Part shown: piece by piece, positions 1 to 9,224 of the stretch
Numbering within the stretch: position 1 is the stretch's first letter
How the letters are laid out: each line of letters starts with the position of its first letter
Source: an uncultured bacterium
GTDB taxonomy: Bacteria > Margulisbacteria > WOR-1 > CAVSGV01
NCBI GenBank assembly: GCA_963699255.1
Contig: OY969425.1
Span: 1,350,001-1,382,000 of the forward strand
DNA: 32,000 nucleotides
Reading direction: 5' to 3'
The notes under the pieces: model-generated
Databases searched by the model: none
Told to the model about the DNA's origin: nothing
What the model saw: the letters and a program-made list of their open reading frames with translations, nothing else
Program-made: the position numbers and the translations under genes

Positions 1-934
1 CCATCCTGCCAGCCAGGATATTTGGCATGCTGTAATGATCGAGCTTAATTCCCAAAAGGTATCTGCCTATATAATATGTAACCGGGGAGAGCTTATAGAA
101 CATGATAACCGGCGTGTTGAGACAGACACATTCCAATATGATCGTTCCTGACTTGGCTATGACGAGGTCTGAATTGGCCAGGACATCATGGTTGTAACCT
201 TCGATCACCTTGATGTTCAAGGATGTTTTTGCAAGCTTATCCTCGATCTCGTTCTTGAACTTAGAGTACGAGATCGGAAGGATGAACTGGGCTCCTTTTA
301 TCCTGCCGGCCACATCGAGAAGGATGGGAAGCAGGTTCTTTATTTCGTGATGCCTGCTGCCGGGACACAGAGCGATTATTTTTTCTTGAGGATCAAGACT
401 GAATTTCCGGCAGAGATCCTGCCTGCTCATATCCGATCTTACGATATCAAGCAGCGGGTGGCCGAAATAAACAGAGTTGCCCCCATTCGCCTTGAAAAGC
501 TCGTGCTCTTTCTTAAATATTGAAATGATCAGGTCGATTGTCCCCGCTACCCTGCGTATGCCTTTTTTCGTTCCCCAGAGCCACTCCTGCGGAGCGATGT
601 AATATATCGTTTTTATGCCATGTTTCTTTGCGAACGCCGCGAGCGGCATGTTAAAGCCCTGCGCATCCACCAGGATCAAAGCGTCCGGCTTTTCGCTGAT
701 TAGCATGTTCTTCATTGACTTGAGGGTGGATAGCTGGAAAGGGAGGTATTTAATGGCTTCAACAATGCCGATGGAACTTTTTTCGGTGATATCTATCCTT
801 ATGTCAACGCCTGCGGAGCGCATCTTCTCGCCGCCCATGCCGAACAGGTCGCAGCCTTTCAGCTCCCTGGCCAGGAAGCTCGCGAGGAGGTCCGCTGATA
901 CCTCAGCCGCGGACATCATTATCTTGGGTCGCAT
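1..934 (-). CDS. lpxB: Lipid-A-disaccharide synthase LpxB (C-terminal end cut by window edge)
   Basis: Absent from the ORF track because it runs off the window. My minus-strand translation from the ATG at 934-932 reads MRPKIMMSAAEVSADLLASFLARELKGCDLFGMGGEKMRSAGV...LVDAQGFNMPLAAFAKKHGIKTIYYIAPQEWLWG...ALCPGSRHHEI...SMPNILAGR. This is colinear with E. coli LpxB (GT19). It starts 2 nt after the fabZ-lpxA stop. The + strand ORFs 188-523 and 615-1001 are antisense shadows. Confidence 0.85.
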   Translation of the reverse strand, partial: MRPKIMMSAAEVSADLLASFLARELKGCDLFGMGGEKMRSAGVDIRIDITEKSSIGIVEAIKYLPFQLSTLKSMKNMLISEKPDALILVDAQGFNMPLAAFAKKHGIKTIYYIAPQEWLWGTKKGIRRVAGTIDLIISIFKKEHELFKANGGNSVYFGHPLLDIVRSDMSRQDLCRKFSLDPQEKIIALCPGSRHHEIKNLLPILLDVAGRIKGAQFILPISYSKFKNEIEDKLAKTSLNIKVIEGYNHDVLANSDLVIAKSGTIILECVCLNTPVIMFYKLSPVTYYIGRYLLGIKLDHYSMPNILAGRM

Positions 935-936
935 GT

Positions 937-2229
937 CTAGATCCCGATTTCGGGTATTTCCGGGAACAGCAGTTCTTTTTCTATCTCCGTCTCCTCAATG
1001 ATCGCCCCAGAGCCTTCCCGCTTCTTGCTTATCCCTCTTACGCTATCCGCCTCAAGGAAGTTTACCAGCTGTTCAACTTCATCAAGCATCTTTACTTTCT
1101 TTCTTATTTCATCAACAGCGTTCTTTATGTTCACCCTGGACATATAAAGCATCTTAAAGCATTTTTTTATTTCGGCCTGAGCTTCATCGGATATTCCGCG
1201 CCTCTGCATCCCTATCAGATTCAGGCCCCTCACATATCCCGGGTTCCCGTCGAAAAGCATGAAAGGCGGAATGTCCTGGACCACCTTTGAAGAAGACCCT
1301 ATCATCGCGAGGCGGCCTAATCTCGTCCCCTGATGAATTCCCACGAGTCCCCCTATGACCACCTGGTCTTCAACGACGGTATGTCCGCCGAGTCCCACAT
1401 ATCCGCCTATTATCGCCTGGTTCCCGACCCTGCAGTTGTGCGGAATGTGGGCGTAAACCATTATGAAGTTCTCGTTCCCTATTACAGTTTGCTTGCCTTC
1501 GCCTGAAGGCAGGTGTATCGTAACAAATTCCCTTATAATGTTCTTGTTGCCGATGATGATCTCGTTCCTTTCGCCTTTATATTTGTAATCCTGGGGCGGA
1601 AGACCTATCGAAACATTATGATTGATGATATTGTCGGATCCGACGGTCGTCCATTTTCTGATTATTGTATGCGATCCTATCTTGGTATTATCGCCGATCT
1701 TCACGTCAGGCCCTATGACCACATAAGGCCCTATATCCACCTTTTTTCCGAACTGGACGGAAGGATGGACCGAAGCTGTAGGGTGGATCTTGGGTTCGTC
1801 ACTTAACCTGTCGTTCAATGAAAAGAGTATTTCACCTTCCGCTGCAATATCACCGTCAACTTTTGCTACGCATTTAAGCTTGCCTATCGTGCCTTTCATC
1901 TTCATCGCCTCTACCTCTATCCTGAGCTGGTCGCCGGGCACAACGGGTTTCCTGAAGCGCACCTGATCTATTCCCGCGAAATAGACAAGTTTCCCTTCGT
2001 TTTCCGGCATCTTTAATGCAATGACCGCCCCGACCTGCGCCATTGCTTCAAGTATCAGGACCCCGGGCATTATCGGAAGGCCCGGAAAATGCCCCTGAAA
2101 GAACGGTTCGTTAATCGTAACGTTCTTTATTCCTACGGCACGGCGCCCTTCTTCAAGTTCAATGATCTTGTCGACCAGAAGAAACGGAAATCTGTGCGGA
2201 AGCGTCCGCAAAATATCCCCAACGGCCAT
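937..2229 (-). CDS. Fusion protein: 3-hydroxyacyl-ACP dehydratase FabZ (about aa 1-140) plus UDP-GlcNAc acyltransferase LpxA (about aa 146-410)
   Basis: The N-terminus [13 protein letters not shown]...[26 protein letters not shown] is the FabZ hot-dog signature. The C-terminal part (IHPTASVHP...hexapeptide repeats...IPHNCRVGN...VVQDIPPF...NLIGMQRRG) aligns with E. coli LpxA. It is a single uninterrupted 430-aa ORF. Confidence 0.9.
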   Translation of the reverse strand: MAVGDILRTLPHRFPFLLVDKIIELEEGRRAVGIKNVTINEPFFQGHFPGLPIMPGVLILEAMAQVGAVIALKMPENEGKLVYFAGIDQVRFRKPVVPGDQLRIEVEAMKMKGTIGKLKCVAKVDGDIAAEGEILFSLNDRLSDEPKIHPTASVHPSVQFGKKVDIGPYVVIGPDVKIGDNTKIGSHTIIRKWTTVGSDNIINHNVSIGLPPQDYKYKGERNEIIIGNKNIIREFVTIHLPSGEGKQTVIGNENFIMVYAHIPHNCRVGNQAIIGGYVGLGGHTVVEDQVVIGGLVGIHQGTRLGRLAMIGSSSKVVQDIPPFMLFDGNPGYVRGLNLIGMQRRGISDEAQAEIKKCFKMLYMSRVNIKNAVDEIRKKVKMLDEVEQLVNFLEADSVRGISKKREGSGAIIEETEIEKELLFPEIPEIGI

Positions 2230-2290
2230 TTGTCCTTTTTTCCCACCTAGTATATTAATAATGCCAACCAGCCTCCTTTTGCTTTGGGCC

Positions 2291-3127
2291 CTATCGAAGC
2301 GCCAATTTTTTTACAAGTTTGATGTTCAGATCATGGCCTGATTTTATGCCTATGATGTGTCCCTTTATCCGTGTCCCTAAAAGCGACAGGTCTCCGATCA
2401 GGTCCAGTATCTTATGCCTGACGAGTTCATCCCTGAACCTCAGCTTCGTCAGGTAGCCGTCTTTGCCGATGGCAACGGCATTTTCAGGGTCTGCGCCCAA
2501 TGCAAGCCCGCGTCGATTAAGGGTTTTGATCTCATCCATGAACCCGTAGGTCCTTGCCGGAGCGATCTCGTTCACATAGTCCCTGCCGCTAAACTCGAAT
2601 TTGTAAAACTGCGTTCCTATAAAATCCATCGGGTAGTTTATCATAAAACTGACCTCAAATCTATCCGAAGGAACGGCGATAAGGCATTTCCCCTCCTCGG
2701 CGGCAAAAACGGGTTCTTTCACTTCAATGCATCCCGTCTGGTATCCCTGGGCGGCAATGCCAGCCTCTATTATCAGGTCGCAATATGGCTTTGAGCTTCC
2801 GTCAAGTGAGGGAGGCTCCGAACCGTTCAGTTCAATTTCCAGGTTTGTCACTGAAAGCGCATACAGCGCTGAAAGGATATGTTCAACAGTATTGATCCCG
2901 CCCCTGTCCGCCGAAGCTTTAGCAAAGGCGGAGAGGTTCGTGCCTCTGACGGTGCTTGAAACGTTCCTTATGTCCGCCTTGATCATGGGGCGTCCCGCCA
3001 GATCGCTTCTCACAAAGTTTATGCCCGAATCAGCGCCGGCTGGCTTGAACTTTACCTGGACAGCCTTGCCGGTATGCAATCCTATGCCGGAGATCGATGT
3101 CTCTTTTTTAATTGTATGCTGTAACAT
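2291..3127 (-). CDS. lpxC: UDP-3-O-acyl-N-acetylglucosamine deacetylase LpxC
   Basis: 278 aa. [30 protein letters not shown]...GINFVR...[10 protein letters not shown]...KSGHDLN are typical LpxC motifs. There is no Shine-Dalgarno, and the leader is very AT-rich. Confidence 0.9.
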   Translation of the reverse strand: MLQHTIKKETSISGIGLHTGKAVQVKFKPAGADSGINFVRSDLAGRPMIKADIRNVSSTVRGTNLSAFAKASADRGGINTVEHILSALYALSVTNLEIELNGSEPPSLDGSSKPYCDLIIEAGIAAQGYQTGCIEVKEPVFAAEEGKCLIAVPSDRFEVSFMINYPMDFIGTQFYKFEFSGRDYVNEIAPARTYGFMDEIKTLNRRGLALGADPENAVAIGKDGYLTKLRFRDELVRHKILDLIGDLSLLGTRIKGHIIGIKSGHDLNIKLVKKLALR

Positions 3128-3138
3128 AAATATAAATT

Positions 3139-3243
3139 AATAATTAACAATGACACAATTAACAACAATGTTGAATAATATATTCAAATAGATCGCGAAG
3201 CGATACCTTGCTGTTAATTGTTAATTGAGAAATTGTTAATTGC
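3139..3243. promoter_or_regulatory. Symmetric repeat array filling the beta-barrel/lpxC intergenic region
   Basis: AATTAACAA occurs at 3142-3150 and 3157-3165. Its reverse complement TTGTTAATT occurs at 3218-3226 and 3233-3241, with an 8/9 copy at 3212-3219. Nested palindromes are TTGAATA-ATA-TATTCAA (3171-3187) and ATCGC-GAA-GCGAT (3192-3204). Confidence 0.4.
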
Positions 3244-3984
3244 CTACAAAGGATTTATCCAGGAAAAACCGATCAAAAATGTTTTAGGGTCTTTGTCGTT
3301 CGCCTTGTCCTCGGGCTTCCTGTTATCATCGGCAAGGATGTTGATCCCGGTAAGGTTTATGGCCACCGAATCTGAAACATACCACCTGAAGCCGGTGTTC
3401 AGCTCATACAAAGATTCCCCGGCTAACATGTCCGTAAGAAAATAAAACCTTTCCGAAAAGAACGGCACGTCGAACCCGAGTGCGCCAAGCGGTCTGAACC
3501 TGCTATTGGTCAGTCCCGGAAAATCCCCCAGAAATCCGAAGTGCAGCCGAGAGCTGTTCTGGAAATATTTCGTCGCCATCATGTAAACATCACAGCGATT
3601 AAAGGATGACAGGTTCTCCACTCCTATCGCGAGAAGCAGCGGATATGGGGACGTGTCCGTTGCAAGGCTGTACTTCATGTTTATGAACACACCTTCCTGC
3701 ATCGCGCCCATCCTGTTGTCCATTCCAACGCATCCCAGCTCCATTCCCTGGAATATCCCCAGGCTGAAATTATAAAGCAGGGAGAACTTATCGTTGGAAA
3801 TGTTGCTGCCAATATTAAGACCGAAATCTACGTTCTTATAAGGTATTACATCCGCTGATGGTAACCTTACTACACCGGTGCTTCCGATGATGTTTGGTGT
3901 CGGCTGGGGAACAAATGCAAAGGCATGGGGACTCAAAATAAAAACAGCAATACTGAAAATTAAAATCTTTTTTATGTGAGTCAC
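3244..3984 (-). CDS. Secreted protein with predicted outer-membrane beta-barrel character, family unknown
   Basis: 246 aa. It has an N-terminal signal peptide (MTHIKKILIFSIAVFILSPHAFA). About 12 stretches of alternating hydrophobic/polar residues are present (FGLNIGSNIS, FSLLYNFSLGIF, GVFINMKYSL, RLHFGFLGDF, LYELNTGFRWYVS, KTFLIGFSWINPL). It is embedded in the lpx operon. Confidence 0.6.
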   Translation of the reverse strand: MTHIKKILIFSIAVFILSPHAFAFVPQPTPNIIGSTGVVRLPSADVIPYKNVDFGLNIGSNISNDKFSLLYNFSLGIFQGMELGCVGMDNRMGAMQEGVFINMKYSLATDTSPYPLLLAIGVENLSSFNRCDVYMMATKYFQNSSRLHFGFLGDFPGLTNSRFRPLGALGFDVPFFSERFYFLTDMLAGESLYELNTGFRWYVSDSVAINLTGINILADDNRKPEDKANDKDPKTFLIGFSWINPL

Positions 3985-3992
3985 AAAGCGGA

Positions 3993-5111
3993 TTATATCA
4001 CACTTTTATAAATCAATTCAATTTTACCGGCGAATGCCTCTTTTGAATAAGCGGACCTTGCGACATCTTTTGAGGCTTTGGACATTGACAGCCAGATATC
4101 ATGATCATCCAGCAGCTTTAAGACCCTGGTCGAGAAAGCTTCGATCGAAAGCGGCGTCAAGTACCCTGTGATCCCGTCCCTTACAACATCGGAAACCCCC
4201 TCGGCATCCACCGCGACCTGAGGGATTCCGGAAGCCATGGCCTCCGCAAGAACAAGGCCCTGGGTCTCAGAAAGCGACGAAAAAACAAAAACATCGCTTG
4301 CGGCGTAGTAAGCAAGCACCTCGGGATAATGTATCTCCCCCGCAAAAACCACGTTTTTCGGGGATATTTTCTTAAGTTCATTCTCCATGGGCCCGCGCGC
4401 AGCCAGAAGAAGATACACGTCGCCGCGCCTGGACAGGATAGATTCGAACGCTCTAAATAAGAACGTGATGTTCTTTTCCCTCGCCAGCCTTCCCACGAAT
4501 AAAAGCAGTTTCGCCCCGCCTGGGATCCCGTGCTTCTGTCTTATTCCCGACGGGTCGGCGGCATCGGGCAAAGAAAGGTCGATCCCGGTCGGAACGACTT
4601 CCATCCTCGCCTTCACGCCTATCGAGGAAAGCTGCCGCTTGATTTTTTCGGTCGGCACCACCACGCAGTCGCACCTGTTGCAAAACCATTTAATGTACCT
4701 GGAGGAAAAAAAGTCCAGCAATTGGTCCGGGATTATCGGGACATAATGCATATATTTTCCCAGAATGGTATGCATCGTGAACACGAACGGCACTTTTAGC
4801 TTTCTTGCGTAGGACATTGAAAGGAGCCCGAGCTGGTACGGCGAGTGGGAGTGGATGATGTTTATCCCCGCCTTTTTCAACTCACCATAGTATTTTCCCG
4901 GGAGGGGGATCGCCAGCCTATATCCGGGATACGGCGCAGGCAGAGAAGGGAACCTATATACTTCTGGCGTTCGCTGCGTTCCCGGATAATCCGGTGAGAA
5001 TACCATGACCTTATGGCCGAGACCTTCAAGGCCCTTCTTCAATGTTTCTATGGAATTAGTGACCCCGCTAATGTACGGCTTGTAGGACTCGGAGAAAAAA
5101 GCGATGTTCAT
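3993..5111 (-). CDS. GT4-family (GT-B) glycosyltransferase, glycolipid-synthase-like
   Basis: 372 aa. The N-terminus MNIAFFSESYKPYISGVTNSIETLKKGLEGLGHKVMVFSP matches the N-termini of SqdX and diacylglycerol glucosyltransferase type GT4 enzymes. The C-terminal ...FSSLSETQGLVLAEAMASGIPQVA matches the E-x7-E region. Confidence 0.85.
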   Translation of the reverse strand: MNIAFFSESYKPYISGVTNSIETLKKGLEGLGHKVMVFSPDYPGTQRTPEVYRFPSLPAPYPGYRLAIPLPGKYYGELKKAGINIIHSHSPYQLGLLSMSYARKLKVPFVFTMHTILGKYMHYVPIIPDQLLDFFSSRYIKWFCNRCDCVVVPTEKIKRQLSSIGVKARMEVVPTGIDLSLPDAADPSGIRQKHGIPGGAKLLLFVGRLAREKNITFLFRAFESILSRRGDVYLLLAARGPMENELKKISPKNVVFAGEIHYPEVLAYYAASDVFVFSSLSETQGLVLAEAMASGIPQVAVDAEGVSDVVRDGITGYLTPLSIEAFSTRVLKLLDDHDIWLSMSKASKDVARSAYSKEAFAGKIELIYKSVI

Positions 5112-5121
5112 TAAAATATTC

Positions 5122-5172
5122 GGAACCTGAGACTAAACCCCAACCAACGTGTTGGGGTAAAGTCTCGGTTCC
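5122..5172 (-). other. 51-nt nested hairpin 10 nt upstream of the GT4 start codon
   Basis: GGAACC(T)GAGACT pairs with AGTCTCGGTTCC as the outer stem. CCCCAAC (5138-5144) pairs with GTTGGGG (5151-5157) as the inner stem. The GT4 gene has no Shine-Dalgarno. Confidence 0.35.
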
Positions 5173-5191
5173 TTACTTTATTATATTTTAA

Positions 5192-5209
5192 CCGCGAATT
5201 TATTCGCGG
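5192..5209 (-). terminator. Possible weak terminator or attenuator hairpin after lpxD
   Basis: A perfect 8-bp stem CCGCGAAT/ATTCGCGG starts 15 nt downstream of the lpxD stop. It is followed on the minus strand by an A/T-rich tract but no clean U-run. Confidence 0.3.
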
Positions 5210-5223
5210 GATATTCAGCTTCA

Positions 5224-6237
5224 TTACTTTTCCAGTTGTTTCTCGATCTCTGAAATCTTTTCGATTATTTTTGGAAGCCTTCTCAGGGCTGCCTGCTGTT
5301 CAAGCTCTTTTCTGTTGTCCTGCGCCGGGAACCCGGACACGACGGAATTCGCGGGTATATCCTTCGTTACCCCTGATCTCGCCATTACCACCGTATTCTC
5401 ACCAATGCTGACATGATCGGAAACCCCGACCGTTCCGCCAATAGAAACATGGTTTCCCAGCTCAGAGCTTCCGGCAATCGCCACAAGGGCCGTGATTGCA
5501 CAATCCTCCCCGATCTTGCAGTTATGTGCAATGTGGGTCAGGTTATCGATCTTGGTCCCTCTCTTTATTATCGTCGAGCCCATAGTGGCTCTGGCGATGC
5601 AGGAATTCGCGAATATCTCGACATCATCTTCAATGATCACGTTCCCGATCTGCGGTATTTTTTTATATTTACCATCAACAGGTACGAACCCGAACCCGTC
5701 AACCCCAATGACCACTCCTGCATGTAAAACGCACCTATCGCCGATAACCGTCCTGTCATATAAAGTAACATTTGGATATAGCAATGCGTCGCGGCCGATA
5801 CTGCAGCCTTCACCAATAAAACATCCGGGATAGATCGTGACGTTATCACCGATTGTTACATTATCCTGGATGACAACTCCGGCCATTATTGAACAATTCG
5901 AACCTATTTTGGCGCTTTTTGAGACCAGCGCGGACCCGTGAATGCCCGGCTGCGGCGCTTTCCTTTTTTCGAACAATCCAAGGAGTTTTGCCATTGCAAG
6001 CCGCAGGTCATGAACCTTTACGTACGGCTTTGAAGGGAATCGATTTAAGCTGTAAGGCACGATCGCAGCAGAGGCTTTAGATCTGTCGAAGACATCTATG
6101 GCTTTATCATCAACAGCAAAAGTAAGGTCACCGGCTCGCGCAGCTTCCAGATTTGCCGAATTTTTTATGACAATTGCCGGGTCGCCGCTCAGTTCGCCGG
6201 AGACAAGCGAGGCAATTTCTTTTAGAGTTCTATTCAT
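5224..6237 (-). CDS. lpxD: UDP-3-O-acylglucosamine N-acyltransferase LpxD
   Basis: 337 aa. The N-terminal domain (LKEIASLVSGELSGD...LTFA) is followed by a long left-handed beta-helix of hexapeptide repeats and a C-terminal helix. Confidence 0.9.
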   Translation of the reverse strand: MNRTLKEIASLVSGELSGDPAIVIKNSANLEAARAGDLTFAVDDKAIDVFDRSKASAAIVPYSLNRFPSKPYVKVHDLRLAMAKLLGLFEKRKAPQPGIHGSALVSKSAKIGSNCSIMAGVVIQDNVTIGDNVTIYPGCFIGEGCSIGRDALLYPNVTLYDRTVIGDRCVLHAGVVIGVDGFGFVPVDGKYKKIPQIGNVIIEDDVEIFANSCIARATMGSTIIKRGTKIDNLTHIAHNCKIGEDCAITALVAIAGSSELGNHVSIGGTVGVSDHVSIGENTVVMARSGVTKDIPANSVVSGFPAQDNRKELEQQAALRRLPKIIEKISEIEKQLEK

Positions 6238-6253
6238 TAAGGATGCCCGGGAA

Positions 6254-6724
6254 CTATTCTTTTTCGTTCAGTTTGTTTGTGACCATTTCTGTCAGGTCAA
6301 CGCCGCCGGTTATGACGACCTGCTTATCGAACACAATATCGATACCAACTTTCTTCGCGACATCTTGTGTGGCGGCAAGGATCTTGGATTGAAGCTCTGT
6401 TGTCAGCTTTTCATTCAAAGCTATCAAAGACTGCCTCTTTGGAAGCAGTTTATCTTCCAGGTCCTTTCTCAGCTTTTCAAGCTCATCCTTTTTCATGTTG
6501 TTTTTTTCAGCGTCAGAAAGCTGTTTCTGTGAGTCATCAAATTCCTTCTTGAATTCCTCTTCTTCCTTTGACACCTGTTCCTGGGCCTTAGATGTAGCCT
6601 TGTATTCCTTGAATACTTTCTGTACGTCTATGTAGCCAAGGCTTGTGGCCGCCTGCGCGAAGGTGCTCCCGAAAACGAATACCAGAACCGAAACTATTGC
6701 CAATAAACAGACCGTTTTCTTCAT
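6254..6724 (-). CDS. skp: Periplasmic chaperone Skp/OmpH
   Basis: 156 aa. It has a signal peptide ending FAQA, then GYIDVQKVF and a Lys/Glu-rich coiled-coil. It sits immediately upstream of lpxD as in proteobacteria, with a strong SD (AAGGAGGA). Confidence 0.85.
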   Translation of the reverse strand: MKKTVCLLAIVSVLVFVFGSTFAQAATSLGYIDVQKVFKEYKATSKAQEQVSKEEEEFKKEFDDSQKQLSDAEKNNMKKDELEKLRKDLEDKLLPKRQSLIALNEKLTTELQSKILAATQDVAKKVGIDIVFDKQVVITGGVDLTEMVTNKLNEKE

Positions 6725-6754
6725 GTTTCTTCCTCCTTTTTAACTAACCGTGCA

Positions 6755-8701
6755 TTATATACCATGGGTATCGATTTTTGCAACTGTCTTTTGCCCCGCC
6801 TTCAGGTGTATCAAAAGGACGGAAACATCCGCCGGATTGACCCCCGCTATGCGGGATGCCTGCCCGATCGAGGCCGGCCTTACCTTATCAAGCTTGTGCT
6901 GTGATTCCCTGGACAGGCCGCTGAGCGATTGATAATTAATGTCCGCGGGTAGTAGCATATCTTCCATGCCCTTGAATTTCTCAACCTGATCGATCTGTCT
7001 CTTGATGTAGCCTTCGTACTTCAGGAATGTTTCAACTTGCTTTGATACGCTTTCGGGAACATGGGTATCTTCCCCCAGCGCCGACATAAGGTTCAAATAG
7101 CTTGCCTGCGGGAATTTCATGATGTCGGCCAGAGAATAAACATTGTTCAGGTTCACGCCAAGAGCCTTAAGTTTTATGTTGTTCTCGTTCGACGGCCTTA
7201 TTTTTTTAGACCTGAATTCGCTTATCTTTTCGTCGATCATCTTTTTCTTTTTTTCAAATAGCGAATATCTTTTGTCCGATATCAACCCGACCCTGCGGCC
7301 TTTCTCCGTCAGTCTAAGGTCGGCATTATCCTGCCTCAGCAGCAATCTGTATTCAGACCGGGATGTCATCATCCTGTACGGTTCTTCAATCTCCTTTGTT
7401 ATCAGATCATCGATCAGCGTCCCGATATATGAATCGTCCCGCCTTAGCAGCAGCGGCTCGCGCCGTTTTACTTTCATCGCAGCGTTGATCCCGGCCACTA
7501 TCCCCTGGGCAGCCGCTTCTTCATAACCTGATGTCCCGTTGATCTGCCCGGCCAGGAACAAACCGGGGATCTCTTTTGTCTCCAAGGTTCTCTTGAGTTG
7601 TGAGGGGAAAATGAAGTCGTACTCTATCGCATAACCGGGCCTGATGATCTCCACCTTTTCAAGTCCTGCCATGGTACGGAGCATTTCCCTCTGCACGTCT
7701 TCGGGAAGTGAAGTGTTCATCCCCTGCGTATACATCTCAAGCGTTGTGCGCCCCTCCGGCTCAATGAAGACCTGGTGGCGCTCCTTGTCCTTGAACCTTA
7801 CGACTTTGTCTTCAATAGATGGGCAGTATCTCGGCCCGACACCCTTGATCTTTCCCTGATAAAGCGGTGACCTGTCAAGGTTTCCGAGGATCAGCTCATG
7901 GGTCTTCTTATTAGTATATGTAAGGTAACAAGGCACCTGGGGAAGCGCTGCCTGAGGGTTTTGTAGGGGCTCCATCCCAAGTTCCGCGTATTCCCAGGTA
8001 AAAGAAAATAGCTTTGGCGGTTCATCGCCGGGCTGAATCTGCATTTTGGAAAAATCGACAGTCCTTCTGTCCAGCCTGGGGGTAGTGCCGGTCTTTAGTC
8101 TGCCGACATTAAGGCCCATCTTCCTGAAGCTGTCCGTCAATCCCTTTGCCGGGAACTCCCCCGCCCTTCCGGCCTCCATGGTCTTAAGGCCGATGTGTAT
8201 CACGCCGTTCAAGAAAGTTCCCGTGCAAACAACCACGGCTTTAGGCCTGTAGGTAACATCAAGCCTTGTCCTCACGCCTTCGACCTGCCCGCTTGAACTG
8301 ATGAGGACTTCCTCGGCCATGTCCTGTTTAAGGTCGAGGTTTTCCTGCTCTTCCACGGTCTGTTTCATGGTTATGTTGTAAAGCTTTTTGTCTGACTGCG
8401 CCCTTAGTGATTGAACGGCAGGCCCTTTTGCCATATTCAGCATTTTCATCTGGAGATATGTCCTGTCGGTGCAGATGCCCATTTCTCCGCCCAGCGCGTC
8501 TATCTCCGAGACCAGCTGGCTCTTTGCGGGCCCGCCCACCGCCGGGTTACAGGACATGAGCGCAATGGTGTCGCAGTTCATCGTGAGAAGAAGTGTGGAA
8601 CAGCCTATCCTTGCCGAAGCAAGCGCTGCCTCGCAGCCGGCGTGTCCGGCACCGATAACTATGACGTCGTATTTTTTGGGATATTCCAGTGATCGGGGCA
8701 T
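6755..8701 (-). CDS. mnmG: tRNA uridine 5-carboxymethylaminomethyl modification enzyme MnmG (GidA)
   Basis: 648 aa. [21 protein letters not shown] is the FAD motif, and it is full-length colinear with GidA. Confidence 0.95.
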   Translation of the reverse strand: MPRSLEYPKKYDVIVIGAGHAGCEAALASARIGCSTLLLTMNCDTIALMSCNPAVGGPAKSQLVSEIDALGGEMGICTDRTYLQMKMLNMAKGPAVQSLRAQSDKKLYNITMKQTVEEQENLDLKQDMAEEVLISSSGQVEGVRTRLDVTYRPKAVVVCTGTFLNGVIHIGLKTMEAGRAGEFPAKGLTDSFRKMGLNVGRLKTGTTPRLDRRTVDFSKMQIQPGDEPPKLFSFTWEYAELGMEPLQNPQAALPQVPCYLTYTNKKTHELILGNLDRSPLYQGKIKGVGPRYCPSIEDKVVRFKDKERHQVFIEPEGRTTLEMYTQGMNTSLPEDVQREMLRTMAGLEKVEIIRPGYAIEYDFIFPSQLKRTLETKEIPGLFLAGQINGTSGYEEAAAQGIVAGINAAMKVKRREPLLLRRDDSYIGTLIDDLITKEIEEPYRMMTSRSEYRLLLRQDNADLRLTEKGRRVGLISDKRYSLFEKKKKMIDEKISEFRSKKIRPSNENNIKLKALGVNLNNVYSLADIMKFPQASYLNLMSALGEDTHVPESVSKQVETFLKYEGYIKRQIDQVEKFKGMEDMLLPADINYQSLSGLSRESQHKLDKVRPASIGQASRIAGVNPADVSVLLIHLKAGQKTVAKIDTHGI

Positions 8702-8772
8702 GGAAAAATATTAGCACAATGGTGAAATTTAAGCAAAGTTAAGCCGATAGATACTTGCGAGAAGAGTAAATT

Positions 8773-8804
8773 TAATGTAGCGATGGAAAACACAGAAAGG
8801 GTGA
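8773..8804 (+). repeat. Copy A of a ~32-nt direct repeat (25/32 identical to 9193-9224)
   Basis: TAATGTAGCGATGGAAAACACAGAAAGGGTGA aligns with TAATGTGGCAATGGAAAACATAGAACAGGTAG. The two copies are spaced exactly 420 nt apart, each at the 5' end of a small + strand ORF. Confidence 0.5.
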
Positions 8805-8808
8805 ATTT

Positions 8809-9186
8809 ATGGCCGTTATTATAACTGGTAATATTTGTGAACTTCATACTAGAATGTTAAAAGATAAGCTTAGATTAAATAATGCTGTGGTTGGTCAAGT
8901 TAATTTTCTTCGTGGACTGGGATTCAAATTTACTCAAGGATTCCTGGGTCAGCTAAAGGTTTCAAGCCCGCTTCAAAAACTATTTGAGCGTGGTGACATT
9001 GTTAAGGCAGCTAGGACAGCCATCCAAATCGCCGGCCTTAACATCAGGGTCGACTTTTGCGCGCAAATTACGGAAGTCTTAAACAAGGATTTAAAAGTCC
9101 CTTTCGTAGTATTAGATAAAACCTTTGCTTTGAAAACTGAAATTGAGCTCAAGTCAGGCGATAATCCAAAAGAATTGGTAATATAG
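8809..9186 (+). CDS. Hypothetical protein, no family recognised
   Basis: 125-aa ORF on the strand opposite all its neighbours. It is visibly more AT-rich than flanking genes. A possible SD (AAGGGTG) lies 5 nt upstream. I recognised no motifs. Confidence 0.4.
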   Translation: MAVIITGNICELHTRMLKDKLRLNNAVVGQVNFLRGLGFKFTQGFLGQLKVSSPLQKLFERGDIVKAARTAIQIAGLNIRVDFCAQITEVLNKDLKVPFVVLDKTFALKTEIELKSGDNPKELVI

Positions 9187-9192
9187 AGGAAA

Positions 9193-9224
9193 TAATGTGG
9201 CAATGGAAAACATAGAACAGGTAG
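9193..9224 (+). repeat. Copy B of the ~32-nt direct repeat
   Basis: See 8773-8804. It overlaps the GTG start and the first codons of the Cys-rich ORF. Confidence 0.5.

Noticed and set aside
188-1001. + strand ORFs of 111 aa and 128 aa
   Set aside because: They lie antisense to a clearly recognisable lpxB reading frame. Their translations have no recognisable motifs.
8783-8824. 13-codon mini-ORF MENTERVNLWPLL starting at the repeat copy ATGGAAAACACAGAA
   Set aside because: It is too short, and it is out of frame with the 125-aa ORF. I report it only as part of the direct-repeat observation, not as a gene.
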